Source of the DNA: Octopus sinensis
Taxonomy: Eukaryota
Direction of reading: 5' to 3'
Assembly: GCF_006345805.1 (NCBI RefSeq)
Contig: NW_021833265.1
Location: 1-64,000 of the forward strand
Length of the DNA: 64,000 nt
Shown: piece by piece, positions 12,600 through 24,099 of the stretch
How positions within the stretch are numbered: position 1 is the first letter of the stretch
Layout: every line of letters starts with the position of its first letter
Translations under genes and position numbers: made by a program
Notes under the pieces: generated by a model
Databases searched by the model: none
Told to the model about the DNA's origin: nothing
What the model saw: the letters and a program-made list of their open reading frames with translations, nothing else

Positions 12600-13735
12600 G
12601 AGAATATTAGTAAAACATTTACGAAACCTACTGTCTCTGCTTTTCTTTCAAACATTCAACTTTGGAGAGAATGTTTTGATGAAATGTACTTCCATTGCTT
12701 TTCGGTATTGCGGATCGTTCCGTGAACATTTGTAAAAGGGAAAAATTTTGAATTTTCCGTCGCCGCATATTTCCAGATGCTTACTCAATGGAATCTTGCG
12801 TAATTCCTCTTGTCGGATATGTTGCCTGTGGATTCTTGCACGTTGGCAGAGGAAATTATTTGTTTCGCCAATGTAATTTTCCTTGCAGTTTGAACAGGTT
12901 ATGCAGTATATGAAGTTTTGTGCTTTGCAGTTCATATCTGCATTTATTTTGAAAAGAAATCCACTCTCGAATTTTATGTGGGAACCACCTTCCAAGTATT
13001 AGAAGTTGTTGATGTTGTTGCATGTTCCACATCTCCTATCTCCACATCTCCTATCTCCACATTCTTTTACTAAGAATTCTGATTCATTCTCTGATTTGAA
13101 TTTTGCCCTTGTGAGGTGTGTTTTAAGATTTTTTGGTTGGCGTCTGCTATTCCGTAAGGTGTTTTTTCAATCAGAGTTTTCATTTTGGGGCTTTGTAGGA
13201 GTATAGGTAAGTTCGATTTTATGGTGTAAAAGATGTTAGTTATTCCAGGAATGTGAGTGTTAATGAACGGAATCGTGTTTTCATTAACTTTTTCCTTAGG
13301 TTTCCGTAGTTGGGTGATGTTCAGTTTCATCGCCTTTTTAATTGCCTCATTAATTAATCCTAAGAGGTATTTATGCATTGTGAGGAAGATTTTGAGTTCG
13401 TTGAGTCGGATTTCACGTATTTTGGGGCCAGATACTATAGCACAGATGCTCTATGGGATGCCATGCTCTATGGGATGTTCCTTTTGATGTGCGAAGGATG
13501 GCAAGAGTAGAAATTAAATATTGGTGTGTGTCAGATTTTTTCTAAAATATATATCTGCTGTGACTGTGAAGTTCTGTATTTTTATGTGGATATCCAGGAA
13601 TGGTAGTTCATTGCAACTGGATTCTGTCGTGAATTTGATGGATGGGTGAAGTGTGTTCAGTATATAGTTAAATATAGTCAGATCTTCATTCGATTTGTCC
13701 CAGAAGAGGAAGCAATCATCAAAGAACCTCACCTA
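12600..13735 (-). mobile_element. Penelope-like element, RT C-terminus plus GIY-YIG endonuclease, frameshifted
   Basis: RFFDDCF..LPFLD RT motifs. FIYCITCSNCKENYIGET..HRQH GIY-YIG domain (ORF 12648-12995). Confidence 0.88.
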
Positions 13736-13904
13736 TCCCCCCCAAAAAACAAAAACACTATTCTCTTCTAAACAAAACCCCCAAAATATCTGTTTTATAT
13801 AAATGAACAAGCTGTTTGGACATTCACAAAATTGTATTTGACAAGTTCGAGAGAGAGAGGAACGAAATAAAAGAATTTTTTTTCCAAAATTCTGACTTTT
13901 TCTT

Positions 13905-13945
<41 letters not shown>

Positions 13946-13953
13946 ATATATAT

Positions 13954-14001
<48 letters not shown>

Positions 14002-14116
14002 ATACATATATATACATATACAAACACATACATGCATACATACATACATACATACATATATACATACATACACATACACACACATACACACACACACAAA
14101 CACACATATATATATG

Positions 14117-14180
<64 letters not shown>

Positions 14181-14277
14181 CACAAAACGGCGGTGCATCA
14201 GCATGGCCGCAGCTCTGAGCTGAAACTAGAAAAAATATATATATGTATGTATGTATATATATACATGTGCATATGTA

Positions 14278-14308
<31 letters not shown>

Positions 14309-14348
14309 ATACAACATATATATACGTATATATATATATATACATGCA

Positions 14349-14396
<48 letters not shown>

Positions 14397-15283
14397 TAGA
14401 TATATATGATATGTATATATATATATATATTATGCATGAATAAAAATATCTTTGGATGCATTTCATTTGAGAGGTTTGCATTTAATTTTAATTTCTTATA
14501 TGTATATGAATATTTTATTGGATCAGTTAATGTCTGGAGAATGTGTTGTGTACATTGTTTCGCTGTGATTCTTTACAGTATGTGTTGTGTAAAATGTAAA
14601 TATTTTATTGGTCGGTGATTATATAGGGAACTATTTGAGATGTACGGCTAAATTGAAAGTGTCTTGCGTACCACGTGGGCCAGGTTTAACTGGATCATCT
14701 TTTGAACTGAGAATATCGTTGATATGGCTTTTACTTGTACTTCAGTCATATCGTTTTCAAATTCATACCTGATTCTTGTTCATTTTAAATTCATGGATCG
14801 TGAATATTGACAGTTTCCACATCTCTCACCAGGAAATGTTTTTGCAAAAAGTAATTGCGATATCAATCTGAGTACAAATATTATTGTTTCATTCTTTGAT
14901 AAATTTATCCTTGTACGATTCTTTTTGATATCTTTGTCTGTCATTTCCCCGATTGTGGTCAGGTGGTTATTATGTATCGTCTTTGATGTTTTATCCCTCC
15001 TAACCGTTCTTGTCTCCAAATGATGGTACATGATCCAGTGGACATAGATTCCTTCTAAGAACATAATTGGGTTTGACAAGGAATGGATCAGCAGTAAGAA
15101 TGTGGTCAACTCTCGCATTATATTTTTATGGTGATGATGTGGTGGTGGTCATCGTCGTATTTATTATCGAATTATGCATATAACACTTCTCTTTCTTAAT
15201 CTTTTCGTCTTTAATGTTTGTAAATTAATGCTAAACGTGGACATGGAATATAAAATATTTTACAAAATAAATTTTCGTTGCAG

Positions 15284-15319
15284 TTCTCTTCTACATCTCA
15301 TTGACATTTGGAAATGGAC
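15284..15319 (+). CDS. PAN gene A: 36-nt phase 1-1 exon, C-terminal half of a signal peptide (xLFYISLTFGNG)
   Basis: ttttcgttgcAG acceptor and GTGAGT donor. Identical in arm B. The phase-1 frame is open, hydrophobic and compatible with the next exon. Confidence 0.6.
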
Positions 15320-15869
15320 GTGAGTAGATTTATATCAATATATAGACCTATATCTATAAACATTATAAAAATCACAGCGCAAAATTGTAATTTATAAGTT
15401 CAGTATAGGAAAATATTTTCCTTCTCAGAGTAAATTAGTTGAAAAGAAAATTTAAAATTCTAAGTTCAAGATAAAACCGCCGAATAATGACGAATTCAAT
15501 TCTGAACATATTTTCATTTCGTCAGTGTTTCGTCAGTTTCTAAGCATTTTGTTAAATTTGACAAAGTGCTGATACTGGGGCAAACTTTACAATGCACAAC
15601 CGCTGAACATTATAGAACATAACATATGAGTCATTTAAATATGAGAATTAAACAACTTTAAAAACTCATATTTATTAAACAGATAATATATTCCAAGATG
15701 CCTTGTACCTACACTATGGTAGTAACAACTTTATCACTTCTTCCTAGTAAACATACCGATGTTGATCGTCAAACATTTAATATTCTCTTTCTTTATATTA
15801 TATATTTTCACAATATTTTATTTACGTCTTCCTATTTGGGTTGTTTAATTTGCCTGGCTTTTGTTACAG

Positions 15870-16127
15870 TTGAATATCTGACGTATTTTATAAAAGTACA
15901 ACACTGTGATCTGAAAGATGCTAAAACATTGATGACACTTGATGTGGATGACTTCAACTGTTCGAAGAATTGTTTTGAAACTTCTGCATGTAAATCCTTC
16001 GTGAGCAGAACGATAAGCCCAAGATGTATTTTATACGAAGATGACTCAACAGAGAAAATTCTAACAATGGAAAATAATGCCTATTTTTATCAGTTGAGAA
16101 GAACTGTGCCGACCAAGTATAGAGACG
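15870..16127 (+). CDS. PAN gene A: PAN/Apple-like domain exon 1
   Basis: ttgttacAG / GTAAAC boundaries, 258 nt, phase 1-1. EYLTYFIKVQHC..NCSKNCFETSACKSFVSRTISPRCILY has the C-x3-C-x5-C-x-S-F..C-x-L pattern. Same length and boundaries as arm B. Confidence 0.8.
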
Positions 16128-16904
16128 GTAAACAAATTTGAATCTTCTGGGTTTATTTTATTCCTTGACTTGTATTCTGTGTTTTAGTCCAAAGAGAGAC
16201 AATACTGTCGGCATTTGAAAAGTCTCTACGATTTCTCTGGTCAATGTAGAATGGTGTCTGTGGATAAAAAATTGTTTGTAGAGTTTTCGTTTCAGAGAGT
16301 GAAAGTTCTAATAAAGGTTTGATTGATGCGCTTAGCATAGATTTTGGGATTGAGACACAAGATTACCAAGGAGAAAAGAGAAAAGGCAACGTTTTGTCAA
16401 AAGGTTGTGTGTTTAGGTTTTTGTCACGTGACTGTCAGTGAATATTCTCAATATCTTTGATGATGAAAATAATGCATGTCTGGGGTGTAATATCTAAATT
16501 GTGTGTAGATGACATTAGTCTGTGAGGGAGACGAAAAGATATCTTACACTATATGAGGATATGATACCAGTTTTACTTAAATTACGTAAAATAATTACAG
16601 AAGATTAACTGAATGTGTGAAACACAGATTTAATTTTTTTCACGTAGAAAATGAAGAAATTTGGAACCAAATTGGGTAACTCATCCATAAACGAATGAAA
16701 ATCCTAAAACTGGATCAAATCAAAATATTCACAATTCTGATCACCTTTCTTTCTTTCTTCTTCTTCTTCTTTCTTTCTATCTTCTTCTTCTTCTTCTTCC
16801 ATCTCTTTTCTCTCGCTTGCTTTATTTTTCAGATGAAAATCAAGCACGTTTATTATTTTGTAGTTCCCTGTGCGCCAAGCTTTCAGAGATGTGTTAGTAA
16901 GTTA

Positions 16905-18950
16905 GTCCGTCCGGAGTTGACGGGTTCAATCGTCAACAACTGACGGTGGATGACTCCGAAAAATGCTTCTTAGAATAGAAACATTAATAGAGAATTAGCG
17001 ATAAGGAAATCTAGAGTAGGCGGGACCCTGTTAGGAAGCTAGAAGAAGCATTTAGGAAGAGCAATCGACATGTTGGCGGCGAGATTGGCTCTTGACTTAT
17101 TTTTCAAGAACGACGTTTGATTTGTCAAACCTAGGGAGCGCACTGTAATGCACGAAGAAACAATAACTCTTGGATGCGCCCGAGTAGAAGAGTAGAAGAG
17201 GCGTAATGTGGCAACTTTGCGCGACTGTTTTGGTAGGGTGGTGGGTCTCGATAACGGACGCGAAATTCTGCAACAGCCGATTACAACCCCTGAAATACGG
17301 GAGGCGATGAGCGATTGCATAAGTCGCATATTCCGGTTTGGAAGGTTTGCCCTACGAATTCTGTGTATTCATGCCAGATTTGTTTCGCAACCTCTTGGAA
17401 GATGTCTACAGCAACTGACAGCAGAACAGGAGAATTCCTAGGGCTCTTAACCGGGTTGTAGTAACACTGCTGAGAAAGGACACCGACAATGGGGACATGT
17501 TGGGGAATTTCAGCCCATAACTCTGCTAACCACAGAGTTTAAGATTTTGGCCAAAGTGTTAGCGAAAAGGTTGGCCTTTGTCGTCGGTAGTCTGGTCGGG
17601 GAGGCACAAATGTGAGCTATTCCGAGCAGGTCTATCCACGACAACTCTACATCGTAGAGACGGCTGGGACTAAAGCTGACCAATTTAGATCAATCGAAAG
17701 CTTTCGATAGGATCAACCAATGCTATTTTGAAGCCGTCCTGAAAGCAGCCGGTTTCGAACCCGTTCTCAGAGGCTGGATTACTGTAATGCACAGTGACAC
17801 TTGCTCGGTGGGCAAAATAAATGGTCACCTTTCGCAACCGTTTAGTATCGTACTGGCTCTCGAGCCACTTCTGTGGAAGTTGGAACAGTTAAGTGGCCTC
17901 TCTTTCGAAATTGGACTCGGGAGGGCAGTGTCGAGTGCCTCTGCAGGGGAGACGGTCGGCTCCATTGTAAAGGAATATGAATCGGTTGCTGGGGCTAAAA
18001 TCAATGCCGAGGAGTCGGTGGACTTGCGACTGGGCATCTGGAGAAGCAGATCGATGCTCTCGGACGGCGTCGTCGGACGTTTGACTGATGGACCTGTTAA
18101 ACCGCCCGGGGTCTGATTTGGTCCCAACCTCCACGTGGATAAGAATTGGAAAGAGGTGAGGAAGAGAGGGGCGGCTGTCTTACCAAGAAATGGGGAGAGA
18201 GGAAGTTGTCCCTGAAAGGTCGGGCAAAGGTGGCACATGCCTACATTACTCTGTTATTATTTATAGTCTGACCGACATGCCTTATCCCAGTTACCGCTTG
18301 ATTAGACTGGAGTGTATCCTGTTTCTTTTCATGTAGAAAGGACGCGTTCCAATGGTCAGGCGGTCGGTCTGCCGCCAACTTCCTTTGCGTGGCGGCATAG
18401 GCATGCCATAGTTTTTAATGAGCAGACACGCACCCAGGTTGTGCCACCTGCAGCGAAGGTTACCCTATGTGGATTCGTCTCCAAACAGAGCTGCAGTTCT
18501 GGGTAAAGGATAGGCCGAGACTGGGCACCTGGTACTTAAAATATTGTCAGGCGCTCACTGTCCTGTACCAGTTGGGCAATAGGACATGTGGATGGGCCAC
18601 TTTAGCTATTTACAGAGAATTAGTAGTGGGGAAGTGCGATGATGTCCTCGGGGAGAACCTGGGCGTCAACTAAAACGAAATAGCTAGTCTATTGCGGAGG
18701 ACTTTTCGATCGGGGGCTACTATTGATAATATCCAGATATCTTTTGTCCTGGCAGTGCTAGCGGAGGGCGCTACTCGTTCAAAATAAACTCTACAAACAT
18801 GGTTGTACTGTCAGATGGGCTTGTCCGAGGTGCCTACAGTGCGACGAAACCGTTCTGCATGAACTGGTTCAATTTCCGGGCATTGCTGACTTGTGGAATT
18901 ATGTCGAAAAGCTGCTGTCGTATGTGAGACAGATCCGTTTATCAGCAGAG
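16905..18950 (+). mobile_element. Degenerate L1/Tx1-type ORF2 (RT plus C-terminal Cys motif)
   Basis: PITLLTTEFKILAKVLAKRL (~17515), LDQSKAFDR (~17685), CPRCLQCDETVLH (~18822). Many stops and frameshifts. Confidence 0.75.
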
Positions 18951-19029
18951 TCCATAATGATAATTGCTCCCTCGACCGCGAGTCCGCTGCCCTAACCACT
19001 TGGCCATGTGCTTCCACAATAATAAATGC

Positions 19030-19272
19030 ACCCTTTTAAAGCCTAGCCAGACTCATGGGCCCGGTTTCCCGGTTTCCATGGCGTATGTGTTCCCCAGCTG
19101 CATGGGACGCCAGTCCATCGCAGCGTTACTCATTTGTGCCAGCTGAGTAGACTGGAGCAACGTGAAATGAAGTGTTTTGCTCAAGAACACAACGTTTCGC
19201 CCGGTCAAGGAATCGAAACCACAACCTTACGATCATGATGCTGACACCCTAACCACTAAGCCACGCGCCTCC
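19030..19272 (-). mobile_element. CORE-type tRNA SINE with a different 3' tail
   Basis: Minus-strand GGCGCGTGGCTTAGTGG..GGTTTCGATTCC head and a CORE block shared with 207-340. Confidence 0.8.
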
Positions 19273-19289
19273 ACTAGCCACAAGCCTCC

Positions 19290-21728
19290 ACATTGTAGCG
19301 TATAGTTTTAGGTCATCCATATATAAAAGATGGCTGATTGTTTTGCCGTAACATTTGTATCTGCATCCAGTTCTATTTAGCATGTCAGATAGAGGTGTCA
19401 GTGCCAAGCAGAAAAGGAGTGAGGAAAGCGTGTCTCTCCGGAATATTCCTCTTCTAATGGGAATGGCTTTAGTTTTCACGAGTCCTTCTTTTGTTTGGAG
19501 CTGTAGCACTGTCTGCCATTTATTCATAGAGCGTCTTATGTATTTTATAATTATTGGTGCTACCTTGTTCATGGCTAGTGTTTTGAGGATCCATGTGTGG
19601 GGAATACTATCAAACGCATTTCGGTAGTCGATCCAGGCAATACTGAGGCCTTTCTTCTTTCTGCGGCAGTCTTCAGTTATGGTTTTGTTGATTATTAATT
19701 GATCTTTACAGCTGTATGAGCCCTTGCAGCATCCCTTCTACTCTTCTGGAAACAGGTTGTTTTCTTCTAGATGTTTGCTCAATCTTTGCGATATTACTTC
19801 AGTAAAGGCTTTGTACATTGTAGGGAGACAGGTTATAGGACTGTAGTTTTGTGGGTTTGCCGTTTCAGTAGATTTGAGAATTAGGATATATTTCCATTTC
19901 ATGAGCCATTCAGGCATTGTCTTGGCTCTGCTAGTATGTCATTAAAGTTTTCAGCCAGCTTTTTGCGTGTACCTGTAAGATATTTTAACCAGAAGTTGGA
20001 GATCTTGTCGTGCCCAGGTGCCTTCCAGTTGCTTAGTCTTTGCAGTGCCTGGGTGACCTCTTCAATTGTTATTGGGGGCCAGAGTTGCTCAGGTGGTATG
20101 TTCGTTGTTTAATTAGTCCTTTTCTGAGGTTGTTCATTCGCCGACCATATTTCTTTCCAAAATCCTTCCACATCTTCTGCTGTTGGTGCTGCATTGATGC
20201 TTGTTTTATTTTTGACAAGTTCTTGGTAGAATTTTTGGGGGTTGGAGTTGAACTGTTTGTTTTGTTCAAAGAAACGTTGGCGTTTCCCATACCGGTGGAT
20301 CATTTGTGCTTTTGCAAGTATATCTTGCTTTAGCTTTTCTTTTACCTCAGGTAAATCTTCTTCTGTAATGTATTTGCACAGTATTTTTGTTTTCTTCTTG
20401 TTACTTAGTAGTTTTGATTGTCTACTAATTTCGTTAACAATCGACAAATACTTTTTATGGATATTATTTATCCACAGGGTTTGTTTGGGTGGTCGTACTC
20501 CTGTTTGGATGGGTTTGAGGGAGCATCCAGCTCCTTTCGTGCGTGCAGTGGCTTCTACATATATTATGTCATTTAGCTCAGTGATATTGCCATTTGTTTC
20601 TGTGGCTATTAGTTCCGTAACGGCCAGGGTTATGCTTTTTATTATTGATGTGTTATTGTCTATTTTGATTTTTGGTATAGTCAGTGGTGCATTCTGAGAT
20701 CTGTGGTTTTAAGTTCTTTGATTATTCTCATCTTTATAGTATCATAATCATTAGGTTCCCCTTCGTTGTTTCCCGGCTTTAGATTTGCTTCGCCTTCCTT
20801 CTCATTCATATGTTTGCCTGCGGTGTTCTGGATTGGTACTTTTTGTACATTATTATACATCCCTACGGTTCGGGTTTGTTGTTTTTTGTTTACTTCGCTT
20901 TTGCTGGAAATGTTACGTTTGTCTTCGTGTTTTACTATCTCAGTGTCTATACTATTTGGCATTGTTATGTGGCTACTATCTACATTTTCCTGGTGTATTT
21001 TCCTTTCAAGTGTTCTATTTCTATTTCTGATATATTTTTCCGTATGAGAATATATCTTCGTATGTTAACTAGTTTATTAGGGTTCATTGCTGTATCCAAG
21101 TCTTTATTTAGGTTATTTTTCTTCCATATTTTATATGTATATGTTGTGTTGCTTTCTTTCTTTGAGTAGAGGACTGCTGTAAAATAAGCATGTAGGATTG
21201 AAATATATTCCTCACGTGTCCGTTTATGCCCTTTCGGTTTTATTTGCGGGACATGAGAAACAATGTCCGGCGCTTTATTTTGACGGTCATCATTTTCGTA
21301 GGGTACCGGTCCGGTCATTTCTGATGTCAAATAGTTTTGCACGTGTAGTTTTTCGTACTTTTTGTGTAACAAGTTTAAAGTACGTACTTCCGCATTGTTA
21401 TTCATGGGTTCAATAAGACCGGTATTATTTAATTTATTTGTAATTTTTTTGTACATGATGTTTGGGGCCGGAGTTGGTCTGGTGTTCATGGATCGTAATG
21501 TATCAAGCGTGTTTACATGTGCTGTGCGACAGTGGAGATGATATCCAGTTAAAATACATCATTTCATTTGGAAAATAGAAATAAATTTCAGTGAGTATTA
21601 CTTATTCGGATATAGTCCAACACTTTGTCAGCTATTTTTTGTTCCATGTGATGTCTTCATTTCCGATGATTTTGGATAAATTTTAGAGCAGTGTTTTATC
21701 GCTCTCATATGTTAAACATCCCCGGTGC
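19290..21728 (-). mobile_element. 5' half of a Dong/R4-type element (same family as 51098-55076)
   Basis: Collinear with 52700-55010: GIFRRDTLSSLLF, HLLYMDDLK and the KWTREEY-like N-terminus. The 3' part is missing. Confidence 0.85.
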
Positions 21729-22745
21729 CTTCCTGTCTTCTTTCTTCTCTTCTTCTTCTTCTTCTTCTTTTTCTTCTTCTTTTTCTCTTCTTCTTATTCT
21801 TCTTCTTCCTCTTCTTCCTTTCTTCTTATTTTTTCTTCTTCTTCTTCTTTACTTACTTTCTTCTTCTTCTTCTCTTTTCCTTTTTACTTCTATTTCTTCT
21901 TCCTTTTTACTCTATACTTCTTCTTCCTTTTCTACTTTATACTTCTTCTTCCTTTTCTACCTCTACTTCTTCTTCCTTTTCTTATTCTTCTCTTTCTTCT
22001 TATTTCTTCTTCTTTTCCATTTCTTCTTCTTCTTATTCTTCTTCTTCTTATTATTCCATTCTTCCTATTCTACTTCTTTTCTTATTCTTTCTTATTCCTT
22101 TTCTTATTCTTCTCTTCTTCCATTCTTCTATTCTTCTTTTTTCTTCTACTTCTTCTTCTTCCATTTCTTCCTCCTCTTTCTTCTTGGCCTTTTCTCTTCT
22201 CTTCTTCTTCTTCTTCTTCCTTTTCTTCTTCTTCCTTTTCTTCTTCCTTCTCTTCTTCTTTTCTTCTTCTTCTTATTTTTCTTCTTCGTCTTCTTCTTCC
22301 TTTTCTTCTTCTTCTTCTTTCTATTCTTCTTCCTTTTCTTCTTCTTCTTCTTTTCTCTTTTTCTTCTGCTTCTTCCTTTTCTTCTTCTGCCTTTTTTTCT
22401 TCTTCTTTTCTTCTTCTTCCTTTTCTTCTTTTTTTCCTTTTTCTTCTTTTTCTCCTCTTTCTTCTTCTTCTTCTTCTTCTTCCTTTCTTCCCCTTCTTCT
22501 CTATATTCTCCTCGTCTCTACTTCCTCTCCTGATACTCCTCCTGCTTCCTCCTGCTCTTCCTCCTCCACTCGTCCTCCTCATCCTCCTCCTCCTGTTCCT
22601 ACTTCTCCTCCTTCTCCACTTCCTCTCTACCTCTCCCCTCCTCCTCCTCCTTTTTCTTCTTCTTCTTTTTCTCCTCCTTCTCTCCTCATCCTCCCTTCCC
22701 CTCCCCCTCTTTTCCTCCTTTTTCTTCTTCTTTTTTCTTCGCTAA
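21729..22745. repeat. ~1 kb polypyrimidine (CTT)n/(CCT)n tract
   Basis: Direct reading; almost purely C/T on the plus strand. Confidence 0.95.
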
Positions 22746-22892
22746 ATATTTTTCATTACCGAAAGTAATTAATATAGTACTAAATTTTCATTAATCCGAA
22801 ATAATAAAACACTTCACTATAACCGCGTCTCCCCTCATGTTTACGAAAATGAAAAGAAGAAAAAAATTCATTTATCCATTTTCTCTTTTCAG

Positions 22893-23119
22893 GAAAATGC
22901 CCCTTGGATATGTTAACAGGGTTTATCTCCCTAGTAACAATGTTATTGGATACAATCATATTAATTATACGACGTGTTTATATCATTGTGAAACACACTC
23001 ATATTGTCAGTCGACTGACTTCGAAGTCGGTAATCGAAGATGCTATTTGTCAAATAAAAAGCATTCTGATATTGTTTTGAAGCTTGGGACAGGCAACATT
23101 TACACTGAATTAAACAGAG
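22893..23119 (+). CDS. PAN gene A: PAN/Apple-like domain exon 2 (1-nt deletion near the 5' end)
   Basis: ctcttttcAG / GTAAGT boundaries. ..NYTTCLYHCETHSYCQSTDFEVGNRRCYLS. 227 nt versus 231 in arm B, i.e. one codon plus one base shorter. Confidence 0.75.
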
Positions 23120-23350
23120 GTAAGTGCAAAGCTCTTTCATGTTTTGTTGGACTTTTAGCCACAGTCTATTTGGACGATACTGAGGCTCCACCTTTAGCTT
23201 GTTATGTTATCCCAATAATTTCTTTTAACCTTTATTGAGTGGTTGAGTCCAAGTTTGGCTTTAAGTGATGTAAAAATACTGATGGATTAAGTAAGTACCA
23301 AACTACTGCTCATTCATTCATTCATTCATTCATACATACATACAACATAC

Positions 23351-23389
<39 letters not shown>

Positions 23390-23474
23390 AACATATTGTA
23401 TATATATTACATATATACATAAATACATATATAATTACATACATACATACATATATATATACATATATATATAC

Positions 23475-23515
23475 ACTAGCATTATGACCCGGCAACGCCT
23501 GGTCATAGTGCTAGT
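23475..23515. other. 41-bp hairpin with ACTAG...CTAGT ends
   Basis: ACTAGCAtTATGACCcGGCaacGCCtGGTCATAgTGCTAGT. A second copy is at 32474-32513. Confidence 0.8.
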
Positions 23516-24099
23516 TTGGTATAAATTTGTGAAATTAAAAATTTGGGGTAATAAAATATACAATGACATATTAAAAAAGACGAATTAAAATTCCAGAGAG
23601 AAAAATACATAGAAGATAAATAGACAAATTACAAAAATGCATAAAAGTTCATCTACGGGCCGTTTCGGAGATGCACCAATTAATATGAAACATATCATAT
23701 ATTAAAATTGACACTCCCCTCGTCAGGATGTATTTTACACAAAACACATCGTTTCTTCATTACTCATAAAGGGCTACACAGAGGAGACAATACAAACATT
23801 GAGAACATGAAACATCACAATTACATAAATATGGAAAATGGAATATGAAAATGATAAATGAAAAATGAAAGTGATGCTAACGGCCCCATCCGCTAGCATC
23901 ACTTACCTGTCTTTATCCTGAATGTAAACACATCGTGCTCTATTTTCATCGCAAATCTCTTTTCCATTCCGTTATTATCTCGTCATCTATTTCAAATCTA
24001 AACAATTTATAGTTTTTCTTTTTACATTTTTCCACGAATTCTTCTATACGTTCTTCCGAGATTACAGCGTACCTATCACTGTCCTTGTCACACCAGTGA

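Noticed and set aside
14780-15118. Minus-strand 112-aa ORF as a gene
   Set aside because: No recognisable domain or splice structure, and its conservation in arm B is explained by the near-identical block.
15716-15746. MVVT(T/N)LSLLP followed by a phase-1 GT as the initiator exon, or ORF 15698-16141 as a single-exon gene
   Set aside because: It is conserved in both arms and phase-compatible, but too short for a signal peptide and its upstream context differs between arms. The 36-nt exon has much stronger splice signals. Not fully excluded as an alternative start.
16189-16440. Exon after a 60-nt mini-intron downstream of PAN exon 1
   Set aside because: The required phase-1 frame stops early in both arms (immediately in arm B).
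21691-22768. Long Phe/Leu/Ser-rich and Arg/Glu-rich ORFs
   Set aside because: These are stop-free readings of the CTT/CCT tract.
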